DNA of 64,000 nucleotides from an uncultured Acidobacteriota bacterium (GTDB lineage Bacteria; Acidobacteriota; Vicinamibacteria; Vicinamibacterales; 2-12-FULL-66-21): NCBI GenBank assembly GCA_963787175.1, contig CAWBCA010000013.1:394008-458007 (forward strand), in the 5' to 3' direction. The notes under the pieces are model-generated. The model was not told the origin of the DNA and did no database searches. It was given only the letters and a program-made list of their open reading frames with translations. The position numbers and the translations under genes are program-made. Shown piece by piece: positions 10,070 through 21,243 of the stretch; the stretch's first letter is position 1; each line of letters starts with the position of its first letter.

Positions 10070-11019
10070 ATGAGTCGCGGCCAGCTCAAGCTGTTTTCTG
10101 GGAGCGCACATCCCGCCCTCGCGGCGGAGATTGGCGAGTTTCTTGGCGTTCCCCTCGGGCACGCGCGACTGCTGCGCTTCCCCGACACGGAAGTCTCGTT
10201 CCAGATCGACGAGAACATCCGCGGCACCGACGTCTTCATCGTGCAGCCGACCTGCGCGGACGTCGACCGGAACCTGATCGAGATGTGCGTGATGATCGAT
10301 GCGTTCCGCCGCTCGTCGGCGTCGCGCATCACGGCGGTGATCCCGTATTACGGCTACGCCCGACAGGATCGGAAGGACAAGCCGCGGGTGCCGATTTCGG
10401 CCAAGCTGGTGGCCAACCTGCTGAGCGCGGCCGGCGCCAACCGGGTCCTGACGATGGACCTGCACAAGGCGCAGATCCAGGGCTTCTTCGACATCCCGGT
10501 GGATCACCTGTTTGCCGCGCCGGTGATCATCAACTACTGCGACCGGCTCGGCTTCCCGAACCTGACGATCGTGTCGCCCGACGCGGGCGGCGCCGAGCGG
10601 GCCCGGGCCTACGCCAAGCGGCTGAACGGCGAGCTGGCGATCATCGACAAGCGGCGCAGCGACGACGGGACGGCGGAGGTGATGAACGTGGTCGGCGACG
10701 TCAACGGCCGCACGTGCATCATCCAGGACGACATCATCGACACGGCGGGCACGATCGTGAAGGCGGCGACGGCGCTCAAGGCCAACGGCGCCGAGCGCGT
10801 GCTGGCCTGCGCGGTGCACGGGGTGCTGTCGGGCCCGGCCATCGAGCGGCTCGAAGCGGCGCCGATCGACCAGGTGATCATCACCAACACCATCCCGCTC
10901 AACTCCGAGCGGGCGCAGGTGCTGCACCGAAGATCAAGCAGCTGTCGGTCGCGCGGCTGCTGGGGCAGGCGATTCGGAGCATCCACGAGGAGACGTCGGT
11001 CTCTTCGTTGTTCGTGTAG
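10070..11019 (+). CDS. prs: Ribose-phosphate pyrophosphokinase; one frame break near 10920
   Basis: LKLFSGSAHPALA, PYYGYARQDRK and DLHKAQIQGFF motifs. The C-terminus (...SVSSLFV*) is in the frame of ORF 10285..11019. Confidence 0.93.
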
Positions 11020-11102
11020 CTATCACAGCTGCCAGCTTCCGGCTCCAGCCGGTGGCGATAGGGATGGTGAGCTGGGAAGCTGGTAGCTGGAAGCGGGAAG
11101 CT
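11018..11102. repeat. Heptamer-periodic hairpin repeat (GCTTCC arm / GGAAGC arm), prs|rplY spacer
   Basis: 5' arm AGCTATCACAGCTGCCAGCTTCCGGCTCCAGC. 3' arm GGGAAGC TGGTAGC TGGAAGC GGGAAGC. It starts on the prs TAG. Confidence 0.8.
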
Positions 11103-11107
11103 AATTT

Positions 11108-11770
11108 ATGGACGCAACACTGCAGGCGGAGAAGCGGGACGGGCGGGGCAAGAACGAGGCGCGGCGGCTGCGCGCGCGCGGGCGGATTCCCGCGGTGGTC
11201 TACGGCGCCGAGAAGGGCAAGGCGGTCGCCATCGCTGTCGATCCGAAGATGCTGATGCGCATCCTGCACTCGGAGTCGGGCGTGAACACGCTCATCGGCC
11301 TGCAGGTGGACGGCGGCGACACGCGCGTGCTGGTGAAGGAGTACCAGATCGATCCGATCCAGCACAAGCTGCTGCACGCCGACTTCTACCAGGTCGCGAT
11401 GGACAAGGCGCTGACCGTCACCGTGCCGCGTCGTGATCAAGGGCGAGGCGCCGGGCGTCAAGCTGCAGGGCGGCATCGTCGACTTCGTCAACCGCGAGAT
11501 CGAGATCGAGTGCCTGCCCGGGCGACATCCCCGAGAACATCGTCGTCGACATCTCCGAGCTGATGCTGAACCAGGGCATCCGGGTGCGCGACCTCGCCCT
11601 CGAGGGGGCGAAGTGGACGCCGCGTGAGCGAGCGCGACGCTGATGATCGTCCACGTCGTGCGCGCTGAAGGCGGAGGAGCCGACGTCGCGGCCGAGACCG
11701 GCCGCGGCCGTCGCTCCGGCCGAGCCGGAGGTCACTGAAGAAGGGCAAGACCGACAAGGACGACGAGTAG
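11108..11770 (+). CDS. rplY: 50S ribosomal protein L25 / general stress protein Ctc; several frame breaks (11425-11740)
   Basis: [33 protein letters not shown]..., then [29 protein letters not shown] and [24 protein letters not shown] in other frames. [10 protein letters not shown] tail. Confidence 0.85.
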
Positions 11771-11787
11771 ACCGCTTTGCGGCGTCG

Positions 11788-12415
11788 ATGAAGGTGATCG
11801 TCGGCCTCGGGAACCCGGGCAGGAGGTACGCGGGGACCCGCCACAACGTCGGCTTCGACGCGGTCGATCTGGTGGCCGAGCGGCACGGCCTGGGCTGGGA
11901 GAGCGGTCCGGCCGGAGCGCTGCTCGTGCCCGCTGGCGGCAGCCCGGGGCGCTGCTCGCCAAGCCGCTCACGTTCATGAACCTGAGCGGGCACGCGGTCG
12001 GCGAGCTGCTGCGGTTCTTCAAGATCGACCTGGCCGACATGCTGGTCGTGGTCGACGAAGTCGAACCTCGAGCTGGGACGGTTGCGGGCGCGGCGCGTCG
12101 GGATCGGCGGGCGGCCACAACGGCCTGAAGTCGATCATCGGGCAGCTGGGGAGCGACAGCTTTGCACGGCTGCGGGTCGGAGTCGGGCGGGGCGATGGCC
12201 GCCGCGACCTCGCGGATCACGTGCTGGCGAAGTTCGAGCCGGAAGAACGGCCGATCATCGCCGAGGCGGTCGGCCGCGCGGCGGATGCCGCCGAACTGTT
12301 CGTCGCCGAGGGGATTGGCCCGGTGATGAACAGGTTCAATCGTGGGAAGACAAGGAAGACGGGGACTAGACCACCGATCTTTCTCCTTGCCACGCAGCGG
12401 ACAGCCGAAGGCTGA
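11788..12415 (+). CDS. pth: Peptidyl-tRNA hydrolase; about 3 frame breaks, 3' end uncertain (12369-12415)
   Basis: [35 protein letters not shown] and GGHNGLKSI motifs distributed over three frames. Confidence 0.85.
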
Positions 12416-12452
12416 ACGCGATAGCGTGGCCGTTCAGTCCAGAAGGAGACTC

Positions 12453-12905
12453 ATGAGTACGTCCAGACAGTACGAGCTCGTCTACATCGTGACGCCCGAG
12501 GCGTCCGAGGCGCAGGTCGCCGAGCTGCACACCCAGATCGAGCAGATCGTGCAGCGCTACCAGGGCACGTTCGACAAGACCGAGAACTGGGGCCGCCGCA
12601 AGCTGGCCTACGAGATCGGTCATCACCGCGAGGGCACCTACGTCGTCGAGACCATCACCGGCTCCGGGGAGCTGATGAAGGAAATCGATCGCCGGCTGCG
12701 CGTCATCGATCAGGTCATCCGGCACCTGGTCGTCCGCGTGGACGAGGAGATTCGGGTGGCGGATCGTACCCGCGACGCCCGCAAGTCCACGCAGGCGCGG
12801 CGCCGGACGGCGCGCGGGCTGCCGCCCGAGCCGCAGCCGGGCGAGGGCCGCAGCGGCGACAGCGATCAGGACGACGATCGTGACGGGATGGAGGGGCAGC
12901 GATGA
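12453..12905 (+). CDS. rpsF: 30S ribosomal protein S6 with acidic C-terminal tail
   Basis: MSTSRQYELVYIVTPEASEAQVAELHTQIEQIV...NWGRRKLAYEI. AAGGAG Shine-Dalgarno 5 nt upstream. Confidence 0.93.
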   Translation: MSTSRQYELVYIVTPEASEAQVAELHTQIEQIVQRYQGTFDKTENWGRRKLAYEIGHHREGTYVVETITGSGELMKEIDRRLRVIDQVIRHLVVRVDEEIRVADRTRDARKSTQARRRTARGLPPEPQPGEGRSGDSDQDDDRDGMEGQR

Positions 12906-12979
12906 GCGACGAACGAGGCGGTGGCGGCGGCGGCGCGTGACGCGGCAAGAGCAGCGACAAGGACAAGGGCAAGGGGGCG

Positions 12980-13213
12980 ATGCGCCGCGCCGCGGCGGGA
13001 TTCTTCCGCAGCCGCCGCGTCTGCAAGTTCTGCGCGGAGAAGATCGACTACATCAACTACAAGGACGTCCGCCTGCTGGCGCCGTTCCTGCCCGAGCGCG
13101 GGAAGATTCAGCCGCGCCGGATATCCGGCACGTGCGCGCTGCACCAGCGCAAGCTGCAGACGGCCATCAAGCGGGCCCGCCAGCTGGCGCTCGTGCCCTA
13201 CGTGACGGATTGA
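12980..13213 (+). CDS. rpsR: 30S ribosomal protein S18 (minimal CDS; a possible N-terminal extension from ATG 12902 is interrupted by an in-frame TGA at 12938)
   Basis: [67 protein letters not shown]. Confidence 0.92.
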   Translation: MRRAAAGFFRSRRVCKFCAEKIDYINYKDVRLLAPFLPERGKIQPRRISGTCALHQRKLQTAIKRARQLALVPYVTD

Positions 13214-13338
13214 TCCGGCCGGAGGCGGGGCACGCTCGTGGGCGTGTCCGTGAAAGTCCCGGCGGCTTGTTTTCTGTAGGGACGGGCTTGAGCCCGTCCG
13301 CGTGCGCGGCGCACCGCGGGTCAGGTGAGTAGAACATC

Positions 13339-13820
13339 ATGGAAGTGATTCTCAGAGAGCACATCGACAGCCTCGGGGCGCGCGGGGACGTGGTGAAGGT
13401 GGCGGCGCGGCTACGCGCGCAATTACCTGCTGCCGCAGAAGCTCGCGCTGGCCGTGACGGACGGCCAACCGGAAACAGATCGAGCCGCGAGCAGAAGGTG
13501 GCCGAGGTGAAGGACGCCGAGGAGCGCGCCACCGCCGAGGCCTACGGCCAGCGGCTCGAGCAGCTGGAGATCGAGATCGCCCGGCGGGTCGGCGAGAGCA
13601 ACACGATGTACGGTTCGGTCACCTCGGCCGACATTGCGCACGCGCTCGAGGCAAGGGGTTCGAGATCGACAAGCGCAAGATCCAGCTGCCCGATCCGATC
13701 AAGGCGCTGGGCGAGCTGCAGGTGCCCGTGAAGGTGCACCGCGACGTCACCGCGCAGGTGCGCGTGAAGGTCGTCGCCGAGCAGCATCGAAGTAAGGTCC
13801 CGCCTCGATCCAGCGGGTGA
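13339..13820 (+). CDS. rplI: 50S ribosomal protein L9; about 4 frame breaks
   Basis: [21 protein letters not shown], then [13 protein letters not shown] in a second frame and [38 protein letters not shown] in a third. Confidence 0.85.
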
Positions 13821-13894
13821 CCGCGCCGGAAACGGGTGTATCCTGTTCCGTCCGCGTTCACCCGTTTTCTTTTCCGGCACAACCTCCCGGTCAC

Positions 13895-15254
13895 ATGGCC
13901 GACATCGCCGCCGTCCCCGAACGTACGCTTCCGCACAGCCTCGACGCCGAGAAGTCGGTGCTCGGCGCGATCCTGATCCGCAACGAAGCGTTCAACCACG
14001 CCGCGGAGCTCATCGACGCGCGCGACTTCTTCCGCGACGCGCACCGCCGGATCTTCGACGGATGGTCGCGCTCAGCGAGCGCGGCGATCCGATCGATTTC
14101 GTCACGCTGAAGGAGGAGCTGTCGCGCACCGGCGAGCTCGATGAAGTCGGCGGGCCGGCCTACGTCGCCTCGCTCGCCGACGGCGTGCCGCGCTCGGCGA
14201 ACGTCGAGTACTACGCGCGCATCGTCAAGGAGAAATCGACGCTCCGGAGCCTGATCCACTCCGCCAACAAGATCCTGACGGAGGCGTACGAGGCCGAGCA
14301 GGAGCCGGATCTGCTGCTCGACGAGGCCGAGCGGTCGATCTTCGCGATCGCGGAGGACCGGATCCGGGCCGGGTTCGTGCCGCTGCGCGAGCTGGTCCAG
14401 AGCAGCTTCGCGACGATCGAGAACCTGCAGCAGCACAAGGGGCTCGTCACCGGCGTGCCGAGCGGGTTCCTCGACCTCGACGAGATGACGTCCGGGCTGC
14501 AGCCGTCGGACCTCGTGCTGGTCGCGGCGCGCCCGTCGATGGGGAAGACCAGCTTCGTCCTCAACATCGCGCAGCACGTCGGCACCTCGACCGAACATGA
14601 CCGTCGGCTTCTTCAGCCTCGAGATGTCGAAGGAGCAGCTGTTCATGCGCATGCTGACGTCCGAGGCGCGGATCGACGCGCACCGCTTCCGCAGCGGCTA
14701 CCTGAGCGAGAAGGACTACGGGCGGCTGTCGCACGCGCTCGGCACGCTGGCCGAGGCGCGGGTGTTCATCGACGATACGGCGTCGATCGGCGTGCTCGAG
14801 ATGCGCGCCAAGGCGCGGCGGCTCAAGGCCGAGCACGGCCTGCACCTGCTGATCATCGACTACATCCAGCTGATGCAGGGGCGGGGACGGTTCGAGAACC
14901 GCCAGGCCGGAGCTCGCGTCGATCTCGCGATCGCTCAAGGGGCTCGCGAAGGAGCTGAGCGTGCCGATCGTCGCGCTGTCGCAGCTGTCGCGCGCGCCCG
15001 AGACGCGATCCGATCACCGGCCGCAGCTGTCGGACCTCCGCGAGTCGGGCGCCCTCGAACAGGACGCCGACGTCGTGATGTTCATCTTCCGCGAGGAGCA
15101 GTACCGGGGCAGCGACGGCCAGCCGAACCAGGAGGCGGAAGGCACGGCGGAGATCATCATCGGCAAGCAGCGGAACGGCCCGACCGGCACCGTCAAGCTG
15201 GCGTTCATCAAGGAACACACACGCTTCGAGAATCTCGCTCAAGGCGCGCAGTAG
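13895..15254 (+). CDS. dnaB: Replicative DNA helicase DnaB; 3 frame breaks (near 14058, 14590, 14908)
   Basis: [15 protein letters not shown] at the N-terminus, Walker [27 protein letters not shown], and [11 protein letters not shown] near the end. Confidence 0.93.
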
Positions 15255-15414
15255 CAGCAGCCACAGAACGCCTGAACCCATCTTCGGGTCCACAACGTCA
15301 GCGGCGGCGGGGTCCCTGGAGGCCGCTGTGGCGCGGGGCTTCGTGTGTGTGCTGTGGCGCGGGGCCTTTCAGCCCGCGGCGCTCTGCCAGCGTCCAGACC
15401 CGCTACCTGTACCG

Positions 15415-16551
15415 GTGATCCGTCCGACCGTCGCGCGCGTCGATCTCGAAGCCATCCGTTCGAACTTCGCGGCCATCACCGCTCTGCTCGCATCCTCGAG
15501 CAGCACGCCGGCGCCGCGCATCATCGCCGTCGTCAAGGCCAACGCCTACGGGCACGGCGCGCCGCAGGTGGCGCTGGCGCTCGAGGAGGCCGGCGCCGCG
15601 ATGCTGGCCTGCGCCGACATCGAGGAAGGCATCGTGCTGCGCGAGGCCGGCGTCCGGGCGCCGATCCTGGTGTTCGGCGCGCTGAGCGTCAGCGATCTGG
15701 ACGGCATCTTCAGCCACACCCTCACGCCGACGATCTCGACGCCGTCCGCCGCCCGCGGCGCTGCAGGCCGCGGCAGCGCGGCGACAGACGACGCTGCACT
15801 GCCACCTCAAGATCGACACCGGCATGAACCGGCTCGGGTTCCGCCACGACAACCTGGATCGCACCCTGCCGGAAATCTGCGCGAGCCAGAACCTGGCAGT
15901 CGATGCCGTCTACACGCACTTCGCGACCGCGGACGATCCGGACCACCCGCGTTCGCCGGGCAGCGTGCCGCTTCGAAGCCGCCTGCGCGCGGCTCCCGTC
16001 GCTGGGCCTGCACATCGCCGCGCGGCACGCGGCCAACAGCGCGGCCCTGCTCCGCGACGAGCGCGTCTGGTACGACTTCGTGCGGCCTGGGCTCCTGCTC
16101 TACGGCATCGTGCCGCCGCCGCTCGCCGCCACGCTGCCGCTGCGACCCGCCCTGTCACTCCACAGCCGTATCGTGGCGGTGAAGGGCCTGCGCCGGGGCG
16201 AGGGCATCGGCTACGGACTGAGGCGGCGGCGAAGACAGCGTCCGGACCGTGGCGGTCGTGCCCGCCGGGTACGCCGACGGGCTCGACCTGCGGCTGGCCG
16301 GCCGCGGGCCACATGCTGATGCGCGGCCGGCGCGCGCCGGTCGTCGGCGCGGTGTCGCATGGACATGTCGATGATCGACGTGACCGGCATGGACGTGGCG
16401 CCCGGCGACGAGGTGGTCATCGTCGGGGAGCAGGGCGCGCCAGTCGATCGGCATGCGGGAAATCGCCGCCTCGATCGGCACGATCCCGTACGACCTGCTC
16501 TGCCGCGTCGGCGCGAGGATTCAGAGAGTGTACCGAGGAGACAGAAGGTAG
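15415..16551 (+). CDS. alr: Alanine racemase; about 7 frame breaks in 1.1 kb
   Basis: PLP-Lys motif [11 protein letters not shown], then [21 protein letters not shown] and [20 protein letters not shown] across all three frames. Confidence 0.85.
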
Positions 16552-16570
16552 GAGACGAAAGTCGAAGGTA

Positions 16571-16624
16571 GAAGCCGAAGCGGGAAGCGTAAAGCGGGAA
16601 GCAGGAAGCGGGAAGCGGGAACGC
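16571..16624. repeat. Tandem heptamer array of the GGAAGC type (3'-arm type only), alr|radA spacer
   Basis: GAAGCC GAAGC GGGAAGC GTAAAGC GGGAAGC AGGAAGC GGGAAGC GGGAACGC. Confidence 0.8.
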
Positions 16625-16633
16625 ATTTTTACC

Positions 16634-18008
16634 ATGAAACAGAGGACCGTCTTCGCGTGCCAGGAATGCGGCGCCCAGTCGCGCGAAGTGGCTCGGGCGC
16701 TGCGCCGAGTGCGGCGCCTGGAACTCGCTGGTCGAGGAGCGGCCTGCGCCGGAGGGGCCGGCGCCCGGCAACGAGAAGCGCTACAGCCTTGCGTCTTCGG
16801 CCGGGGCACAACTCTACGCGGATATCGACACGGTGGTGGCCGAGCGCCTCTCGAGTGGCATCGGCGAGTTCGACCGCGTGCTGGGCGGCGGCGTCGTTCC
16901 GGGCTCGCTCGTGCTGATTGGCGGCGAACCTGGCATCGGCAAGTCGACGTTGCTGCTCCAGGCGGCGGCGCACTTTGCGCAGACGGCCGGTCCGGTGCTC
17001 TACAGCTCCGGAGAGGAGTCGGAGCACCAGATCAAGTCCCGCGGCGAACGGCTGGGCATCGCGCGCGCGCCCCTCTACGTTCTGGCCGAGACCTGCCTCG
17101 AGCGCATCCTCGAAGAGATCGCCAGGCTCCGCCCCGCCTTCGTGATCGTCGACTCGATCCAGACGGTCTTCTCCCTCAAGTTCCAGTCGGCGCCCGGGAG
17201 CATCGGCCAGGTGCGGGAGTCCGCCACGCAGCTGCTCTTCGCCGCGAAGGGCCAGAACATCCCGACGTTCCTGGTCGGGCACGTCACGAAGGACGGCAAC
17301 CTGGCCGGCCCCAAGTCGCTCGAGCACATCGTCGACACCGTGCTGTACTTCGAAGGCGAGAAGCACCATTCGCATCGCGTCGTGCGGGCGGTGAAGAACC
17401 GATTCGGTGCGGTGAGCGAGCTGGGTGTCTTCGAGATGACCGGCGCGGGCCTGAGGGCCGTTCCCAACCCGTCGCAGCTCTTCCTGGCCGAGCGCCCGGT
17501 GAGCGCACCGGGATCGGTCGTGCTGTGCTGCATCGAGGGTTCGCGGCCGCTGCTCGTGGAGATGCAGGCGCTGGTCAGCACCAGTTCGTACGGGAACGCG
17601 CGACGGATGGTGAGCGGGCTCGACCAGAGCCGGTTGTCGCTGCTGCTGGCCGTGCTCGAAAAGCGTGCCGGACTGAACCTCATCGCGGAGGACGTGTTCG
17701 TGAACGTCGCCGGCGGGATTGCCGTGGACGAGCCGGCCGCCGACCTCGGCATCCTGACAGCCGTGGCATCGAGCGTCAGGAACCGGCCCGTCCAGGAGCG
17801 AACCGCGGTGTTCGGCGAAGTAGGCCTGGCCGGGGAGATCCGCGCGGTGAGCCAGTCCGCGTTGCGCGTCCGCGAGGCGGCCCAGATGGGCTTCACCCGC
17901 TGCATTCTCCCGGCGGGGAATTGCGCTCCGTCCGATGCGCCGGAGGGGGTCGAGCTCGTCGGCGTCAAGAGCGTCGCCGAGGCTCTCGATCAATTGCTCG
18001 CCTGGTGA
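16634..18008 (+). CDS. radA: DNA repair protein RadA/Sms; one frame break near 16683
   Basis: N-terminal zinc finger FACQECGAQS..CAECGAWNS, Walker A GGEPGIGKSTLLLQ, the KNRFG motif, and a Lon-like C-terminal domain. Confidence 0.93.
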
Positions 18009-18163
18009 GGGAGCTCTTGTGTTCGCGCCGCCGGGCTGGTCTCACCTGCCGGGCTCTTACTGCCCCGCGTGGCAGAAACCGGGCTCTGGCGCCCGGGGGC
18101 AACCCGAGTATCATTGATTTCATCTCGTTGGTCTGATCTCTACGCCTGCGGAGCGACTCTCAC

Positions 18164-19228
18164 ATGTCGTGGTTCCTCCTTGCTCGTGTCCTGTTCATCG
18201 TGGCGGTCGCGTATGCGGCAGCCCTGTCGAGGCCGTTCGGTGCGGCGCTGACTGTCAACCTCGGCGTCGGCATCCTGCTCGGCCTGTTGATCGTCTGGGT
18301 CGAAGCACGCATGCGCGACGCCCAGATCAGCGATCTGCTCGGCGCACTGGTGGGCGGCGCGGTCGGCCTCGGGCTCGCGAAGGCGATCGGGGCGGCGCTG
18401 TTCTGGGCCGACGCGGCCGATCCCCGGATCGTCTTCCTCCACAGCTTCGTCCTGCTGGCCTTTCCCTACCTCGGCATCGTGATGGGCGCGCGGAGGGGGG
18501 AGTGGCTGGAGCCTGCCCGGTTGATCAGCCTGTTCCGGCATGCCGGGCCGCTGAAGCGCTATCGCATCCTCGACACCAGCGTGATCATCGACGGCCGGAT
18601 CGCGGACATCTGCGAAACAGGGTTTCTCGACGGCACGCTCATGATCCCGCAGTTCGTGCTGAAGGAACTGCAGCTCGTCGCCGACTCCGCCGACTCCATG
18701 AAGCGCAACCGCGGGCGGCGCGGCCTCGACATCCTGCAGAAGATTCAGAAGATGGCGGGCGTCGACGTGACCATTTCGGACGCCGACTTCCCGGAGGTCC
18801 GCGAGGTCGATCTCAAGCTGATCGAGCTGGCCCGCACGATCGAGGGCACGATCGTCACCAACGACTTCAACCTGAACAAGGTGGCGCAGCTCCGCGGCAT
18901 CCAGGTGCTCAACATCAACGAGCTCGCAAACGCGCTGAAGCCGGTCGTGCTTCCCGGCGAGCTGATGAAGGTGTTCATCCTCAAGGAAGGGAAGGAATAC
19001 AACCAGGGCGTCGCTTACCTGGATGATGGAACGATGGTGGTCGTCGACAACGCACGACGCATGATCAGCCGGAACATCGACGTGGTCGTGACCAGCGTGC
19101 TGCAGACCACCGCAGGGAAGATGATATTCGGCCGCTTCATCGAGAACGCGGCTCCGCAGGCCGTGCAGCCGCCCGCACACGCCGCCGGAGCCGGCCTTCA
19201 GGCCGGTCGCGCCCAGGGCGGCAAGTAA
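18164..19228 (+). CDS. Membrane-anchored PIN and TRAM domain protein (YacL-like)
   Basis: Four N-terminal TM helices, a PIN domain (YRILDTSVIIDGRI...IVTNDFNLNKVA) and a TRAM-like C-terminus. It sits after radA, as in Firmicutes. Confidence 0.8.
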   Translation: MSWFLLARVLFIVAVAYAAALSRPFGAALTVNLGVGILLGLLIVWVEARMRDAQISDLLGALVGGAVGLGLAKAIGAALFWADAADPRIVFLHSFVLLAFPYLGIVMGARRGEWLEPARLISLFRHAGPLKRYRILDTSVIIDGRIADICETGFLDGTLMIPQFVLKELQLVADSADSMKRNRGRRGLDILQKIQKMAGVDVTISDADFPEVREVDLKLIELARTIEGTIVTNDFNLNKVAQLRGIQVLNINELANALKPVVLPGELMKVFILKEGKEYNQGVAYLDDGTMVVVDNARRMISRNIDVVVTSVLQTTAGKMIFGRFIENAAPQAVQPPAHAAGAGLQAGRAQGGK

Positions 19229-19259
19229 TCGTGGGACTCCCGGCCGCCCGGTCCCGGCG

Positions 19260-19988
19260 TTGAGCACGCTGCCCCCGTACCACTGGTGGCGCACCGTCTT
19301 CTTTCTCATCCCGGCGATCGGCGCCTACACAATCGTGCTGGGGACGGTGTCGCTGCTGTCGAGCCTCGTCGATCGGACGGGCGACTTCGGTCACGGGTGT
19401 GCGCGCCTCTGGGCCAGACTGGTCCTGCGCACGACCGGGGTCCGCGTGGACGTGCGCGGCCTCGAGCAGATCGATCTGCGCCGCGGCTACGTGTTCGCGG
19501 CCAATCATCAGAGCATCTACGACATTCCGATCGTGTTCTGGTCGCTGCCGCTCCAGCTCAGGATCATCGCCAAGGCCTCTCTCCGGCGCTTCCCATTCCT
19601 CGGCTGGCACCTCCAGCGCACCGGCCACCTGCTCGTCGATCGGCGGAACCCGGGCGCGGGCATTCTCAAGAAGATGTCGCGGCTCGTCCTCGGCGCGCGC
19701 TCGTTGATCATCTTTCCCGAGGGCACGCGCAGCCCCGACGGCGGTGTGGGCCGCTTCAAGGGAGGATCGTTCCTGCTCGCCATCGACGCGAACATGCCGG
19801 TCGTGCCGCTCAGCATCGCCCGCAGCCGCTTCGTGATGAGGAAGGGCCGACTGATGACATGTCCCGGCGACGTCACGCTCACCGTCCACCCGCCCATCCC
19901 GACCGACGGCGTCACCCGGGAGCAGGCGCGCGAGCTGGCCGAACGGGTCCGCGCCATCGTCCGCACGGGGGTGGATGAGGGGTCATGA
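19260..19988 (+). CDS. plsC: 1-acyl-sn-glycerol-3-phosphate acyltransferase (TTG start)
   Basis: Acyltransferase motifs ANHQSIYD (HX4D) and FPEGTRSPDG. Confidence 0.85.
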   Translation: MSTLPPYHWWRTVFFLIPAIGAYTIVLGTVSLLSSLVDRTGDFGHGCARLWARLVLRTTGVRVDVRGLEQIDLRRGYVFAANHQSIYDIPIVFWSLPLQLRIIAKASLRRFPFLGWHLQRTGHLLVDRRNPGAGILKKMSRLVLGARSLIIFPEGTRSPDGGVGRFKGGSFLLAIDANMPVVPLSIARSRFVMRKGRLMTCPGDVTLTVHPPIPTDGVTREQARELAERVRAIVRTGVDEGS

Positions 19989-20012
19989 GCCCCCGGTCTC
20001 GGTGAAGCCCGA

Positions 20013-20018
20013 TATAAT
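20013..20018 (+). promoter_or_regulatory. Perfect -10 hexamer TATAAT between plsC and ispDF (candidate internal promoter, no clear -35)
   Basis: GATATAATCG lies 24 nt upstream of GTG 20042. Intergenic and correctly oriented. Confidence 0.35.
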
Positions 20019-20041
20019 CGTCATTCGACTGCTTCGCGGTC

Positions 20042-21232
20042 GTGCCCACCATGCGAGTCACAGCCATCATCGCCGCGGGCGGATCGGGCCGCCGGCTGGG
20101 CGCGCCCGTTCCCAAGCAGTTCCTCGATCTTGCCGGCCACTCGATGCTCGCCCGGAGCGTGAAGGCGTTCGACCGGCATCCGGGCGTCGGGGACGTGATC
20201 GTGGCGCTGCCCGCCGATGCGCTCGACGACGCGCAGGGTACGATCGGTGAGGTGACCGGTCCCGTCAGCTTCGTCGCGGGCGGCGACAGCCGGCAGGAAT
20301 CAGTGGCGCGTGCGTTCGATCTCGTCCGGGAGGAGACCGACATCGTGCTCGTCCACGACGCCGCGCGGCCGTTCGTGTCGGCCGGATTGATCACCCGCGC
20401 GATTGACGCCGCCGCGGCACACGGCGCTGCCATCGCCGCCGTGCCGGCCACCGACACGGTCAAGCGTGTCGGGTTGCATTCGGCTCCGCCCACGATCGTC
20501 GAGACGCTCCGCCGCGACACCATCTTCCTGGCCCAGACGCCGCAGGCGTTCCGCCGCGCGGTGCTGCACGACGCTGTCGCGCTCGGCCGCACGGGCGTCG
20601 AAGCCACGGATGAAGCGGGCCTGGCCGAGCAGGCGGGGCACGCCGTGACGGTGATCGAAGGCGATCGCGACAACGTGAAGATCACGACGCCCGGAGACCT
20701 CGAGAGGGCACGGGCGCATGGAGCCGTCGGGCAGCCCCGCCTGCCGTCGCGCGCCGGCATCGGCTACGACCTGCATCGCCTGGTGCCGGGCCGTCCGTTG
20801 TTGCTGGGCGGCGTCACCATCCCGGCGGAGGCCGGCGCCCTCGGGCATTCCGATGCCGACGTGGCGTGCCACGTCGCGACCGACGCGGTTCTCGGCGGCG
20901 CGTCGCTCGGCGACATCGGCCGCCACTTCCCGGACAGCGAGGCCCGCTGGAAGGGGGCGTCCAGCGTCGATCTGCTCCGTCGCGCCGGCGCGCTGGTGCG
21001 GGAGGCGGGCTTCGAGATCCTGAATCTGGACGTCGTCGTTGTCCTCGAGCGTCCGCGGATCGCTCCGTTCGTGGACAGCATCCGTGCCGGCCTGGCGGAC
21101 GCCCTTGGCGTGGACGTGGCGCTGGTGAGCGTCAAAGGCAAGAGTAACGAGGGGGTCGACGCGGTGGGACGCGGCGAGGCGATTGCCGCGCATGCCGTCG
21201 CGCTCCTCAGCGGCGCCGGCACGCGCTCCTGA
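20042..21232 (+). CDS. ispDF: Bifunctional MEP cytidylyltransferase / MEcPP synthase
   Basis: IspD N-terminus IIAAGGSGRRLG...VHDAARPF fused to IspF GIGYDLHRL...GHSDADV...DIG. Confidence 0.93.
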   Translation: MPTMRVTAIIAAGGSGRRLGAPVPKQFLDLAGHSMLARSVKAFDRHPGVGDVIVALPADALDDAQGTIGEVTGPVSFVAGGDSRQESVARAFDLVREETDIVLVHDAARPFVSAGLITRAIDAAAAHGAAIAAVPATDTVKRVGLHSAPPTIVETLRRDTIFLAQTPQAFRRAVLHDAVALGRTGVEATDEAGLAEQAGHAVTVIEGDRDNVKITTPGDLERARAHGAVGQPRLPSRAGIGYDLHRLVPGRPLLLGGVTIPAEAGALGHSDADVACHVATDAVLGGASLGDIGRHFPDSEARWKGASSVDLLRRAGALVREAGFEILNLDVVVVLERPRIAPFVDSIRAGLADALGVDVALVSVKGKSNEGVDAVGRGEAIAAHAVALLSGAGTRS

Positions 21233-21243
21233 AAGATTTGACT

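Noticed and set aside
12938-12940. In-frame TGA before rpsR as a selenocysteine or other recoding site
   Set aside because: There is no SECIS-like hairpin immediately downstream and no functional reason for Sec in a Gly/Lys-rich ribosomal tail. A normal ATG (12980) follows. In this error-prone region an assembly artefact is more likely.
18071-18120. Possible promoter elements (TGGCAG-N5-GGGC; TATCAT; TTGATT) in the lower-GC radA/PIN-TRAM spacer
   Set aside because: None of the candidate hexamer pairs has both a decent match and correct spacing. The sigma54-like match retains only the GG/GC dinucleotides.
15824-18136. 770-aa ORF spanning the alr 3' half, the spacer and all of radA
   Set aside because: It is a chimera of out-of-frame stretches. 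It contains short in-frame islands of Alr ([27 protein letters not shown]) and the first 16 aa of RadA. The rest is Arg/Ala/Gly-rich nonsense typical of wrong frames in high-GC DNA.
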